A stretch of DNA of 64,000 bases from an uncultured delta proteobacterium (GTDB lineage: Bacteria > Desulfobacterota > Desulfomonilia > UBA1062): the NCBI GenBank assembly GCA_963785235.1, contig CAWAUM010000001.1, positions 576,001-640,000 on the forward strand. The letters run 5' to 3'. Position 1 is the stretch's first letter. Each line of letters starts with the position of its first letter. The position numbers and the translations under genes were made by a program. Positions 45,081-54,144 of this stretch are shown here, one piece after another. The notes under the pieces are model-generated. The model saw nothing but the letters and a program-made list of their open reading frames with translations, was not told the DNA's origin and made no database searches.

Positions 45081-45228
45081 AGCAAATGGCCTGCCAATAG
45101 CAGAAAAAAGCTCATAATATTATAATCAACCTATGAAAACGGTTAGTTAAATGAATAGGACAGCAGCTCAGAAAAATGAACTGCTTCTTTTAGCCTCCAT
45201 ATTTGGTGGACCCTCAATATGTTGAGGG
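45081..45228 (-). promoter_or_regulatory. sigma54 promoter cassette copy 1 (heads the mla operon)
   Basis: Minus strand TTGGCAGGCCATTTGCT; upstream boxes CCTCCATATTTGGTGG and CCTCAATATGTTGAGG. Confidence 0.85.
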
Positions 45229-45253
45229 GTATCTCACGGGGGAATTCCTTCCT

Positions 45254-45568
45254 CTACTTCACGATCAGATTGTTCTTGATGGATTTAACCCCTTGGACGC
45301 TCGTTGCGATTTGGCCGGCTTTATCGACGGCCTTTTGAGAATTAACGAAGCCGCTCAATTGAACAGTGCCCTGGTAAGTTTCAACACTGATCTGGAATGA
45401 TTTGAGAAAATCATCTTCTGCAATCAGAGCTTTTATCTTGGTTGTGATGACTGAATCGTCAACGTATTCACCGGTGCTTTGATGTGTGGGTGTCGATGCA
45501 CAGCCCACAACAACGGTGATCAGCATAAGAAGCACTAAGCAGTTGATAACAATATTTCTATTTTTCAT
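45254..45568 (-). CDS. BON domain lipoprotein (OsmY-like)
   Basis: Lipobox VVGC, STGEYVDDSVITTKIKA, GTVQLSGFV, GVKSIKNNL. Confidence 0.9.
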   Translation of the reverse strand: MKNRNIVINCLVLLMLITVVVGCASTPTHQSTGEYVDDSVITTKIKALIAEDDFLKSFQISVETYQGTVQLSGFVNSQKAVDKAGQIATSVQGVKSIKNNLIVK

Positions 45569-45675
45569 AGCGATTAATCCTCCTTGGTATATTTGATTGT
45601 GATATGGTTCACTACGAGAAACTTTCTCCTGACAGTATCTTTTTCATAAAATCCTTCTTTTATCCTTCTGATGCT

Positions 45676-45900
45676 TTATTTTTTTGCTCCACCTCCAATG
45701 ATGACCAGCGCAATTCCGCCCGCAAGCGCAATGCCACCCAAAATGGGTGAAAACGGGATGGTTTTCTCAGTCTCTTGGGTAGCTTGTATGGGGCCAATAT
45801 CAATGATCTTCTCGCGGCTTGTGTAAGTAATGCCCTGGTAGGCAAGGGCCATTACTCCGAAGACGATTAATACAATTCCAGTAATCATTGCCGGCTTCAT
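45676..45900 (-). CDS. DUF3185-like small membrane protein
   Basis: GIVLIVFG..LAYQGITYTSREKIIDIGPIQAT...IPFSPILGG. Confidence 0.75.
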   Translation of the reverse strand: MKPAMITGIVLIVFGVMALAYQGITYTSREKIIDIGPIQATQETEKTIPFSPILGGIALAGGIALVIIGGGAKK

Positions 45901-45942
45901 AATAATTGATCTCCTTCCTGAACAGGTTTACGCGTCTCATCC

Positions 45943-46092
45943 CTATAATGGTCTTCGCCCCTGAATGACCCGGACCAGTACCACAACGATGGCAATGACC
46001 AGCAGGATATGTATGACCCCACCCATCGTGTAGCCACTGATCAATCCGAGAAGCCATAGAATCAAGAGAATCACACAGATGGTCCAAAGCAT
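45943..46092 (-). CDS. lmo0937-family small membrane protein (not in ORF track)
   Basis: AGGAG RBS; MLWTICVILLILWLLGLISGYTMGGVIHILLVIAIVVVLVRVIQGRRPL*. Confidence 0.88.
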   Translation of the reverse strand: MLWTICVILLILWLLGLISGYTMGGVIHILLVIAIVVVLVRVIQGRRPL

Positions 46093-46152
46093 GTTCGACT
46101 CCTTTCTGAGGACAGAATCTTTGCATTCAGTTTTATAGGAGAAGATTAACTG

Positions 46153-46458
46153 TTAAATCTCCTCCATACCTGCCAGATGGAGCCCGGAGTGGAACATCAT
46201 TTCATAGGGCCCTTCGAGAAGGTTCATCGCCCCCCGCAGCACCTTAAAATGTTCCGACTTCAGGTGGGTCATAAGGTTCTCCTGGGTATCCCATTCTTCA
46301 AGAAGAAAGAGTTGATTTTCATTTTCGATATTCTGGCAGATGTCGCAGTGCCGGCATCCATTCTCCATCCTTGTGGATCCGCACAGTGAAGCAATCGTCT
46401 GTGTCAACTCCAGACGCTTCTCAGAAAGGACATTCATTCGTATGATTACCAGGATCAT
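46153..46458 (-). CDS. ABM/putative quinol monooxygenase family protein
   Basis: TRMENGC...LLEEWDT...HLKSEHF. Confidence 0.8.
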   Translation of the reverse strand: MILVIIRMNVLSEKRLELTQTIASLCGSTRMENGCRHCDICQNIENENQLFLLEEWDTQENLMTHLKSEHFKVLRGAMNLLEGPYEMMFHSGLHLAGMEEI

Positions 46459-46473
46459 ATGATTGACTGTAAA

Positions 46474-46623
46474 AGCAAATGGTCTGCCAATTGCCGGAAG
46501 AAGATCATAATGTTGGAATCAATCCTTTAATAACATATTGTTAGATGAGTAAAAGAGAGCAGCAGAAAATATGAAATGCTTCGTTTAGCCTCAATATATG
46601 GTGGAACCTCAACATATTGAGGG
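46474..46623 (-). promoter_or_regulatory. sigma54 promoter cassette copy 2
   Basis: TTGGCAGACCATTTGCT; boxes CCTCAATATATGGTGG and CCTCAACATATTGAGG; TAACATATTGTTA IHF-like site. Confidence 0.85.
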
Positions 46624-46700
46624 AGACTCTTCATTGTCTCAATGCTTCCCTTCAAACACCTGACTAGGTTCCGTGATAGACGCGTCCACCTGGAAGTCCA

Positions 46701-47486
46701 TTAATTTTGGCGGCTTCCTTTTTGTATGAATACCGACTGGCTGTGAACGGGGAATGCATAGGGTTCAACGGTGTTGGGTTCAGAGAAACTGCTTGTTTGA
46801 TCCTCCAAGACCTGCTTCAATTTCTCCATGGATCTCATCTGGATTTGTCTGACACGTTCTCTGCTTACCCCAAGCTGAGTGCCAATCTCCTTGAGCGTCA
46901 TGGGTGGATCCGTTAAATAACGCTGTCTTAAGACAGATGCCTCTCTTTGGGAGAGGGAATTGAAGCAGTGATTGAGCAGAGATGAAATATTGTATGATGT
47001 CTGCTTGCCATAGAACAATTTTTCCGGGTCGTTACCATCGGTAAGGAAGTCAACCCACCGGTCCTTGTCGGGGTCATCATTTCCGAGATGTTCATCCAAT
47101 GATAACAAGTTTTTGGCATGACTCAGACTCCCTGTGTTTACCTTTGCACTCTTGCTCATGAAGGACATGATGAAGGCCTTGATCCACCAGGCCGCATAGT
47201 AAATGAATGGTATTCCGCGTTCAGGATCGAAGCGGTTCAGCGCTCGTATCATCCCAAGATTCCCTTCCTGAATAATATCAAGATAATTGTGGCCGCAATA
47301 AAAATACTTCCTGCTCACCTTCACCACAAACCTGAGGTTTGCTTGTATTATTTGCTGCCCGGCAGATTCATTGCCTTCCTGATATTGTCGTGCAAGTTCA
47401 TATTCTCTTTCATTGGAAAGAGTAGGGTAGTGCTGAATTTCCCGGTAATAATGTTGAAACTCATCATAATTATTAATAGTGCCCAT
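46701..47486 (-). CDS. Short sigma70-family (sigma32-like) sigma factor
   Basis: ANLRFVVKV, DIIQEGNLG, RFDPERG, YAAWWIKA, TLKEIG..LGVSRERVRQI. Confidence 0.88.
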   Translation of the reverse strand: MGTINNYDEFQHYYREIQHYPTLSNEREYELARQYQEGNESAGQQIIQANLRFVVKVSRKYFYCGHNYLDIIQEGNLGMIRALNRFDPERGIPFIYYAAWWIKAFIMSFMSKSAKVNTGSLSHAKNLLSLDEHLGNDDPDKDRWVDFLTDGNDPEKLFYGKQTSYNISSLLNHCFNSLSQREASVLRQRYLTDPPMTLKEIGTQLGVSRERVRQIQMRSMEKLKQVLEDQTSSFSEPNTVEPYAFPVHSQSVFIQKGSRQN

Positions 47487-47608
47487 AAATAGTCCTTCCC
47501 TCCTAAAATCACCTTGCCGTCTGGTGTGTTATCTGATGATGAACTCAAGTTAATAAATTGGCTCGCACTGCATAAGTAAATGAGCTATCTCCATTTATTC
47601 ACAGTAAT

Positions 47609-47758
47609 AGCAAAGGGCCTGCCAATAGCCGGAGGAAGATCATAAGCATGATTACATCCATTGATAACAGTTGGTTGGATGAATAATAGAGAACAGCAGG
47701 ATAACCTGAAATGATTCGTTTACCCTCAATATTTGGTGGACCCTCAACATATTGAGGG
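47609..47758 (-). promoter_or_regulatory. sigma54 promoter cassette copy 3
   Basis: TTGGCAGGCCCTTTGCT; boxes CCTCAATATTTGGTGG and CCTCAACATATTGAGG. Confidence 0.85.
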
Positions 47759-47879
47759 ATACTTTGGATATGGGACAAGTGGATATACAAAAAATGAAGT
47801 CCATGAAGAAGTTCAGAATTCTATCGCCAAGATCATGAAGAACTATTGTTTGGACGAGAATAGAGCTTATCTTCACAGG

Positions 47880-48668
47880 TCACTGACTCACATTTGTCAG
47901 TTCATCAGTGGTAGTGCTGGTTACTGTTTCAGTAGACGAGCCTATGGTGATTACGTCCATAGTGCTCGAGACTTTCTTGACAAATCCTACATTTTTGCCA
48001 TACCAGGAAAACCATGTGGAAGTTATAATCTCGGTTCCACCAACGAATGCGATGGTCATGGTAGAGGATTCCTGAGCCTTTACGGTTTCAAAAGTTCCTG
48101 CAGGCACGGTAACAGTCTCCATACCAAGGGCCTTGAGGGTATATTCCGTGGTCCTTGTACCGACCTTTATGCCACTGGCAGAATTAAAGAGATCCTCGGT
48201 GCTGGACTTGGAGTATACCACGCCCACAGTCCAGTCAGACGGTATGACGCCCGTAGAGGAACTGCTGTCAATATTCGTAAATACTATGGAATCATCACTG
48301 ATAACGATGCTTGAAGAACTGAGATAGGTGAACACTTTGTCTACGTCGTTTAACTCGATAGTTTCCACAATATATGGTCCTGAAATAGCTCCAGAATAGC
48401 CGTATTTACTGGGAATGGTCGCTTCGTGGGCATAGCTGTAGCCTAGGGTATATTCGCTTTGAATATTTTTTTCATCCGTAGTGTCCACCATGGTTTCTTT
48501 GAAGGTATAAACCTTAGTGATATCCCTGTTGGTATAATCATCCGAATGAATGATATTTGTTTCTGCTTCACTGGACCCACCACCACCTCCTCCGCCGCAG
48601 GCAAAAAGTATTATCCATACGAGGGCTGATAGTAGGAATCTACATTTTATAAGAGAAATTCTCATCAT
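47880..48668 (-). CDS. Hypothetical lipoprotein
   Basis: LFAC-GGGGGGG lipobox/linker; ETVTVPAGTFE and WYGKNVGFVK motifs of beta-rich exported proteins. Confidence 0.75.
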   Translation of the reverse strand: MMRISLIKCRFLLSALVWIILFACGGGGGGGSSEAETNIIHSDDYTNRDITKVYTFKETMVDTTDEKNIQSEYTLGYSYAHEATIPSKYGYSGAISGPYIVETIELNDVDKVFTYLSSSSIVISDDSIVFTNIDSSSSTGVIPSDWTVGVVYSKSSTEDLFNSASGIKVGTRTTEYTLKALGMETVTVPAGTFETVKAQESSTMTIAFVGGTEIITSTWFSWYGKNVGFVKKVSSTMDVITIGSSTETVTSTTTDELTNVSQ

Positions 48669-48720
48669 TTTTACCTCTCTCCCTTAGCCTAAACGAACCC
48701 CGGTTTCCCTTGAAGGGATA

Positions 48721-49029
48721 TCAGAATGGTGCGCTCCTGGATGTCAGCAGGTTGTTTAATCCCTTCGCATCAGTGTTTGTGAACGTGACTGCCATGCCTG
48801 TGTGGTTTTTCCAGGCAACATAACCTTCCACCCATATGACCTTGCCGAAATCTTCGGCATCGAGACTGGCCATCAGGTATCCTTTCACTTCAGGGGCATA
48901 TCCGGTCTGCACATACATGCCTCCTTTACTTATATCAATTACCCTTCCCATCTTATCGGGGTGGGCATCGTCACGGTAATCTACCCTCATGTTTACTCTT
49001 ACCCGTTTATTGTTTCTATTTTCCGACAT
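48721..49029 (-). CDS. PilZ domain protein
   Basis: RNNKR and DISKGG c-di-GMP-binding motifs. Confidence 0.85.
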   Translation of the reverse strand: MSENRNNKRVRVNMRVDYRDDAHPDKMGRVIDISKGGMYVQTGYAPEVKGYLMASLDAEDFGKVIWVEGYVAWKNHTGMAVTFTNTDAKGLNNLLTSRSAPF

Positions 49030-49080
49030 CCTTGACCTCCCTTACTCATTGCTTGATAGTCATCATGGTAGTGCTTCAGG

Positions 49081-49231
49081 AGCAAATGGCCTGCCAACAG
49101 ACTAGGGGGGGACAGAAAAATGGATTCAATTCATAATAACAGGTAGTTAGTTGAATATGAGGAGAGCAGCAGAAAAGTGAGAATTGACTCGCTTGGCCTC
49201 AATATTTGGTAGAACCTCAATATATTGAGGG
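49081..49231 (-). promoter_or_regulatory. sigma54 promoter cassette copy 4
   Basis: TTGGCAGGCCATTTGCT; boxes CCTCAATATTTGGTAG and perfect palindrome CCTCAATATATTGAGG. Confidence 0.85.
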
Positions 49232-49255
49232 ATGATTTGAAGGTATGTGTACTGT

Positions 49256-49402
49256 CTAATCTTTTTTTTCCTCCTGTCGGACTATGCCTAACTTATGCAT
49301 CCTCATTATTAAGGTACGCAAGTGGGGATCCAGACTCGTTGGGTCACTGTCCTTTCCTTCCATGTACCAGTTGGGTTCAGAAAGGATCTTATTAATTTTC
49401 AA
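49256..49402 (-). pseudogene. Decayed copy of the 3' end (HTH) of the sigma54 activator gene
   Basis: Reads KILSEPNWYMEGKDSDPTSLDPHLRTLIMRMHKLGIVRQEEKKD* versus activator KILSETKWCIEGKNKAAAILGLHPSTLRARMHKLGIVRQEIQETD*. Confidence 0.85.
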
Positions 49403-49443
49403 TAATCAATAATATGGATACTAGGCTACTATGCTGCCTGGTC

Positions 49444-49884
49444 TTATATTTTTCTCTCCAACCTTTTTTTAATATTCATAAGACCCAGATCAGCTTCTTG
49501 TCTGTTGCGTTCCATGATCACTTTCTCCACCGGCTTTCCCAATACCCGACTTGGGGTTGAATATTCTATATCCAATGCCAAGATAGTCGCATCACCATTA
49601 TTTTTGAGGTTATAAATCCATTTACTGTGTAGGCCATGTACGCCTTTGCTTTCCACGACTATCCTTTCCTCGGGGATATGTTCAATTTTTATGGATTCGC
49701 CATTAAATTTTATTTCACCTATCTTCCAAGACCATTCGTAATGAGTTCCGACCCCAGACCCGCTTACATCCTTAACCTCAATCATGTTCGTCAACCAATC
49801 AGGTTCATTCCAGGGATTATCAATATAAGCAAAAACCTTATTAACTGGCGCTTTGATCTCAATACTCTTGTGAATCCTGTGCAT
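49444..49884 (-). CDS. SRPBCC/polyketide cyclase family protein
   Basis: SIEIKAPVNKVFAYI...PDW...GVGT...L.NIKKRLE. Confidence 0.85.
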   Translation of the reverse strand: MHRIHKSIEIKAPVNKVFAYIDNPWNEPDWLTNMIEVKDVSGSGVGTHYEWSWKIGEIKFNGESIKIEHIPEERIVVESKGVHGLHSKWIYNLKNNGDATILALDIEYSTPSRVLGKPVEKVIMERNRQEADLGLMNIKKRLERKI

Positions 49885-49932
49885 ATGATATCCCTCCTTC
49901 TTTCGTTTCTAGGGTGCCAACCTGTGTTCATT

Positions 49933-49972
49933 AAAAAAGAAGCAGGGCTATTACTTGACTAACCCTGCTTCT
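49933..49972 (-). terminator. Intrinsic terminator
   Basis: AGAAGCAGGG/CCCTGCTTCT stem followed by a T run on the minus strand. Confidence 0.7.
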
Positions 49973-49985
49973 CCATACTCATCCT

Positions 49986-50414
49986 TTAGACAGTCTTGAT
50001 TTTTATCTTCTTTCCGAGTCCTGCAAGCCCGATTAGACCCGTTCCCAAAAGAAGCATGGTTGCAGGCTCAGGTACAGGCGCAGGATTATCGTTTTCATTC
50101 CCGTTCTGTTCAAGCCCGTAACTGCCTGTAGGACCAAGGTCAGCGATATTGAGATTACTCGGGAGTGAACCATTGAAAACAGAACTTCTCAGAACATTCG
50201 TCAGAACCCCTACCTCGGACCTAAGCGAGGTGCTGCTCACATCAAGGGCAGGCCAAGCCTGAGAGAGGTAGTTATTGACGAGGTTCTGATGCCGGGTGAT
50301 GGTCAGGCCCGTGTAGTAAAAGGCCCCATCACCAAGATTGATGATGCAGGCTCCAGCCTGAAAAGCGAAACCTAAAACCATCACGATTGACAGGATTAGT
50401 TTTGATAGTTTCAT
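49986..50414 (-). CDS. Small PEP-CTERM protein
   Basis: Signal peptide and VPEPATMLLLGTGLIGLAGLGKK sorting signal. Confidence 0.9.
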   Translation of the reverse strand: MKLSKLILSIVMVLGFAFQAGACIINLGDGAFYYTGLTITRHQNLVNNYLSQAWPALDVSSTSLRSEVGVLTNVLRSSVFNGSLPSNLNIADLGPTGSYGLEQNGNENDNPAPVPEPATMLLLGTGLIGLAGLGKKIKIKTV

Positions 50415-50454
50415 TTTTTTTGAACTCCTTTGTTTCCAGTACTTTTAAACTTTT

Positions 50455-50492
50455 AAAAAATGAGGGAGGGTTTATACAAGCCCCCTCCCTCA
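50455..50492 (-). terminator. Intrinsic terminator-like hairpin upstream of the PEP-CTERM gene
   Basis: TGAGGGAGGG...CCCTCCCTCA stem followed by TTTTTT on the minus strand. Confidence 0.65.
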
Positions 50493-50536
50493 AAAGGTAT
50501 GGGGGTTTTCGTTTTGGTTACTGTTTTTACGCATTT

Positions 50537-50899
50537 TTAGGGGGGATATTCTTGATGCAGTGTTGTGACTTTACTGTCAGCCTGTGTCTTGACCTTATAG
50601 ACAACCTTAATTCTTGAAGAGCTCGATATGACTGCATTGCTTTGGGCATCGTACTCCTGCTTTGTTATCCCTCTGACCCTGTCTATGACTCGATAATGAT
50701 TTGTCTGACTGCAAAATGGGCAGGTAACATCAATTGCAATAAGGTCATGACTCAAGTCGATCCCTTCCTTTTGCAGGTAGGACATCCCTGTTGAGTAATT
50801 GTCCTGGGACAGGAAAGACTCAACCGGAATGCTTTTATTGCATCCGGGGTAGAGACATTTGAAGATGTTGTAGTCGATAGTCCTTCCTAAACCATACAT
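50537..50899 (-). CDS. Hypothetical protein, possible zinc-binding
   Basis: AAGGAG RBS before MYGLGRT; CLYPGC and CPFC cysteine pairs. Confidence 0.6.
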   Translation of the reverse strand: MYGLGRTIDYNIFKCLYPGCNKSIPVESFLSQDNYSTGMSYLQKEGIDLSHDLIAIDVTCPFCSQTNHYRVIDRVRGITKQEYDAQSNAVISSSSRIKVVYKVKTQADSKVTTLHQEYPP

Positions 50900-50983
50900 A
50901 ATAATCTCCTTTGGGAGAGTCCTTATTAATTGTATCTTCATTCTCAACGTGTGCTTAATAAGAACTCTCAAACACTGAAAAAC

Positions 50984-51592
50984 TTAATTATCATATTCCT
51001 TATTCTGTTTATTTTTCTGACCTTTTTCAGGTTTTCCATGCTGAGCTTTATCTTGTTGTTGTGGCTGTGAGTGCTGTGATCGGACATTCCCGGATTGTGG
51101 TCGAGCATGCTGTTGTGGTCGATTATGGGGCTTCAAACCTTGGACACCCCAGGTATTTTGCTTCTCCCAATGTCTGTTCTTTTCCCAGTTGCTCCAGTTC
51201 CGTTGGACTTGCTCGTGGGGTATTCGCTGGTGGTTCCACCGATGTCCTGCCCAACGATGGTCCCTGTAGTTATTCCTCCAACCTGACGGTACTCTTCTAT
51301 AAAAGGAGGGTACCCTTTGATAGTGGGTCCAACCTGAGTCATAGTGGTGTGAGCGATACCAGTGTCCTTGCCACGGACGCCACCACCAGCCATTGTAGAA
51401 AAAGATGTCCACATCTACGTCAGGGGCAGCATAGACATCCGTCTCAGGTATGACTACCACCTCTAGAGGTCCTGAAGATATGATGAGTGGAGGCAGAGAA
51501 ATGCTAATGCCTACATCTACCGTTGCCATCGCTGAAATAGGAAATAAAAGTACCAACGCTAAAAGAATTGCTCCGAAAATTATCTTTTTCAT
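50984..51592 (-). CDS. Exported Trp/His/Gln-rich hypothetical protein
   Basis: Signal peptide, VDVGISISLPP, FFYNGWWWRPWQGHWYRS, low-complexity tail. Confidence 0.75.
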   Translation of the reverse strand: MKKIIFGAILLALVLLFPISAMATVDVGISISLPPLIISSGPLEVVVIPETDVYAAPDVDVDIFFYNGWWWRPWQGHWYRSHHYDSGWTHYQRVPSFYRRVPSGWRNNYRDHRWAGHRWNHQRIPHEQVQRNWSNWEKNRHWEKQNTWGVQGLKPHNRPQQHARPQSGNVRSQHSQPQQQDKAQHGKPEKGQKNKQNKEYDN

Positions 51593-51662
51593 TTTGTAGC
51601 CCGCTTTATCCATGCCCAATTTAACTCCATGTAACCTTGGCGTTGTAGTAATACTCTCCCTG

Positions 51663-52028
51663 TCAGAATACGTTCGTGCTGTTGCATATGCATCTTACTT
51701 CAACCCCGTTTTCAATCCTGGCAAGATTCTTCACGACGGTGTAATCCAATCCGGCTATTTCTCGTGCATTTCTTGCAGTCTTAGGAGGATTAGACTTGAA
51801 TACCGGATTATGCCACGGAGATGGTTCCTTCCCGGGATATGGTAGGTGAGTGGGTGGAACCCGTAGACCCAGCCTGCATAAGGATGCCTCACTCACTGTA
51901 GACCCATACGATGGATGATCTGCTGCAGTAATAGTGAAGAGCGCAAAGAAATCTCCCGATAAAGTTTCCTGCCACCCAATGAAATTCGCATCTGAATTCG
52001 AACCAGGTGTATTCATGTGTTCAGGCAT
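51663..52028 (-). CDS. Hypothetical protein
   Basis: GGAGG RBS before MPEHMN; first gene after cassette copy 5. Confidence 0.55.
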   Translation of the reverse strand: MPEHMNTPGSNSDANFIGWQETLSGDFFALFTITAADHPSYGSTVSEASLCRLGLRVPPTHLPYPGKEPSPWHNPVFKSNPPKTARNAREIAGLDYTVVKNLARIENGVEVRCICNSTNVF

Positions 52029-52077
52029 GTTAGCCTCCGTTTGCATCAAGTAATCCTAGTGGTGTAGGTGAGTAAAA

Positions 52078-52227
52078 AGCAAATAGCCTGCCAATAGCCG
52101 AAGGAAGATCAATAATATAGATTAAACAATTAATTACAAATTGTTAGGCGAAGAAGAGAGAGCCGCAGGAAAGTATGAAATGATCCATTTGACCTCAATA
52201 TTTGGTGGTTCCTCAGCATATTGAGGG
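52078..52227 (-). promoter_or_regulatory. sigma54 promoter cassette copy 5
   Basis: TTGGCAGGCTATTTGCT; boxes CCTCAATATTTGGTGG and CCTCAGCATATTGAGG. Confidence 0.85.
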
Positions 52228-52268
52228 ATAGGGCAATGGCCCCCCTGGAATCAATACCAAGTGATTTT

Positions 52269-53267
52269 TCATTTTCTTAGTTTCCATTTTCTTGTTAGTA
52301 GTTGGGCTGTTGCTATTTGGGAAGATGTCATTTTTTGAACAACCATATCCCTTATCTTGGCAGCTTCCTCATCTCCTTGTGCAGCAGCAAGGTTGGTCCA
52401 TATGTGCGCCCGAACAAAATCTCTTGGTACACCTTGGCCATATGCATACATAACCCCAAGGTGGTACTGGGCACTGGAATTGCCCTGATCGGCCGCTTTT
52501 CTGCACCACCTCATTGCCTCGGCATAGTCCTGTGGAACGCCTTGGCCATTTGCATACATAGCCCCAAGGTTGTACTGGGCACCGGCATGCCCCTGCTCGG
52601 CCGCCTTTCTGTACCACCTCGCAGCCTCGGTATCGTCTTGTATTACGCCTTGGCCATCTGCATACATAACCCCAAGGTTGTACTGAGCTCCGGCATTCCC
52701 CTGATCAGCCGCTTTCCTGAACCACCTCACCGCTTCTGAATAGTCCTGTACTACACCTTGTCCATTAAGATACATCCACCCAAGGGTGTACTGGGCATCG
52801 GCATCGCCCTGGTCAGCCGCCTTTCTATGCCACCTCATCGCCTCCATATAGTCCTGTGGTACACCTTGGCCATGTGCATACATACCCCCAAGGTTGTACT
52901 GGGCCTCGGCACGTCCCTGATCAGCCGCTTTCCAGTACCACCTGACCGCCTGGGCATAGTCCTGTGGAACACCTAGGCCATGTGCATACATGACCCCAAG
53001 ATTGTTTTGGGCACCGGCATGCCCCTGAACGGCCGCCTCCCTGTACCACCTCAATGCCTCGTCATCGTCTTTCGGAACACTTTGGCCATTAAAATACAAC
53101 CCTCCAAGGCTGTACTGGGCTCCGGCATCGCCTTTTTCTGCCCGTTTCATCAATTCATGTAATGGGGCTTTGTAGTCCCCACTATCGAAAGATTCATGGT
53201 CATCCCCTCTGGATATGTTAGGGAATATCAGGAGAAGCAAAGTTGTAAGAATAATTGCCATTTTCAT
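52269..53267 (-). CDS. Exported Sel1-like repeat protein
   Basis: Seven AQYNLGxMY..GQGVPQDY.EA.RWYRKAA repeats; signal peptide from MKMAIIL. Confidence 0.93.
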   Translation of the reverse strand: MKMAIILTTLLLLIFPNISRGDDHESFDSGDYKAPLHELMKRAEKGDAGAQYSLGGLYFNGQSVPKDDDEALRWYREAAVQGHAGAQNNLGVMYAHGLGVPQDYAQAVRWYWKAADQGRAEAQYNLGGMYAHGQGVPQDYMEAMRWHRKAADQGDADAQYTLGWMYLNGQGVVQDYSEAVRWFRKAADQGNAGAQYNLGVMYADGQGVIQDDTEAARWYRKAAEQGHAGAQYNLGAMYANGQGVPQDYAEAMRWCRKAADQGNSSAQYHLGVMYAYGQGVPRDFVRAHIWTNLAAAQGDEEAAKIRDMVVQKMTSSQIATAQLLTRKWKLRK

Positions 53268-53280
53268 GGAATTTTCCTCA

Positions 53281-54144
53281 TTAAGAAGGCAGCATCTGGT
53301 CAATGGAAGAAATGAGGGCCTTCTTCAGTTTGACCTTTGATTTATTCTCGATCTGCCGTACCCGTTCCTTGGATATGGCATACTGCCTTCCAAGGTCTTC
53401 CAATGTCGCAGGGGTTTCGGTCATGATACGATGCTGCGTGATATAACGTTCTCTTGGTGTGAGATTGTCCATGGCCTGGTCGATCTCCTTTTTCATAAAG
53501 GAGGTCTGCTGCGATTCAATGATACGGTCTTCGGGGCTCAACGTCGTATCAGCAAGAGAATCCAGGAAGGTGGTATTACTCCCGTATGTTATAGGGTTGT
53601 CCAGGGACTGGTCCCTGTTTGTCAGCCTCAATATGATCTCCTCGATCTGTTGGGGGTCGGCATTGAGGCGTAAGGAGAGGGCCTGGGACTGCTCGCTGAT
53701 ATCTTCACCTACGACTTCCTCTTCAGCCGTAATACGGTTGAGTCCATAAAACAGTTGTTTCTGCAGTCTGGTCGTACCGAGCTTGACCTGGGAGAAGAAC
53801 CGTAAGATATAATCATGGATCATTGCCTTGATCCACCATATTGCATAGGTCATGAGCCGATACCCTTTGTGCGGATTGAACTTCTTCACTGCGATCACCA
53901 GCCCTATAATCCCTTCCTGAATTGTATCTTCCAGGGGCAGGCCATACCCGGCATAATCCATGGCGATCCACACTACGTTTTTGAGATTGGCAGTTATGAG
54001 GCGCTCCGCAGCATCAAGATCGCCTTGATCCTTCAGAAGGACAGCGAATTTATATTCTACCTCTTTGGTGAGATGGGGAACGTGTTTGAACCGATCTATA
54101 AGTTCACCAACAGCATGATCGCGTATGACAGGATAAGGCATCAT
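53281..54144 (-). CDS. RpoH (sigma32)-like sigma factor
   Basis: DTIQEGIIGL, KKFNPHKGYRL.TYAIWWIKA, RpoH-box-like KLGTTRLQKQLFYGL, ISKERVRQIE. Confidence 0.88.
   Translation of the reverse strand: MMPYPVIRDHAVGELIDRFKHVPHLTKEVEYKFAVLLKDQGDLDAAERLITANLKNVVWIAMDYAGYGLPLEDTIQEGIIGLVIAVKKFNPHKGYRLMTYAIWWIKAMIHDYILRFFSQVKLGTTRLQKQLFYGLNRITAEEEVVGEDISEQSQALSLRLNADPQQIEEIILRLTNRDQSLDNPITYGSNTTFLDSLADTTLSPEDRIIESQQTSFMKKEIDQAMDNLTPRERYITQHRIMTETPATLEDLGRQYAISKERVRQIENKSKVKLKKALISSIDQMLPS

Noticed and set aside
52370-53130. 108-bp tandem DNA repeats
   Set aside because: Explained by the 36-aa Sel1 repeats of the encoded protein.
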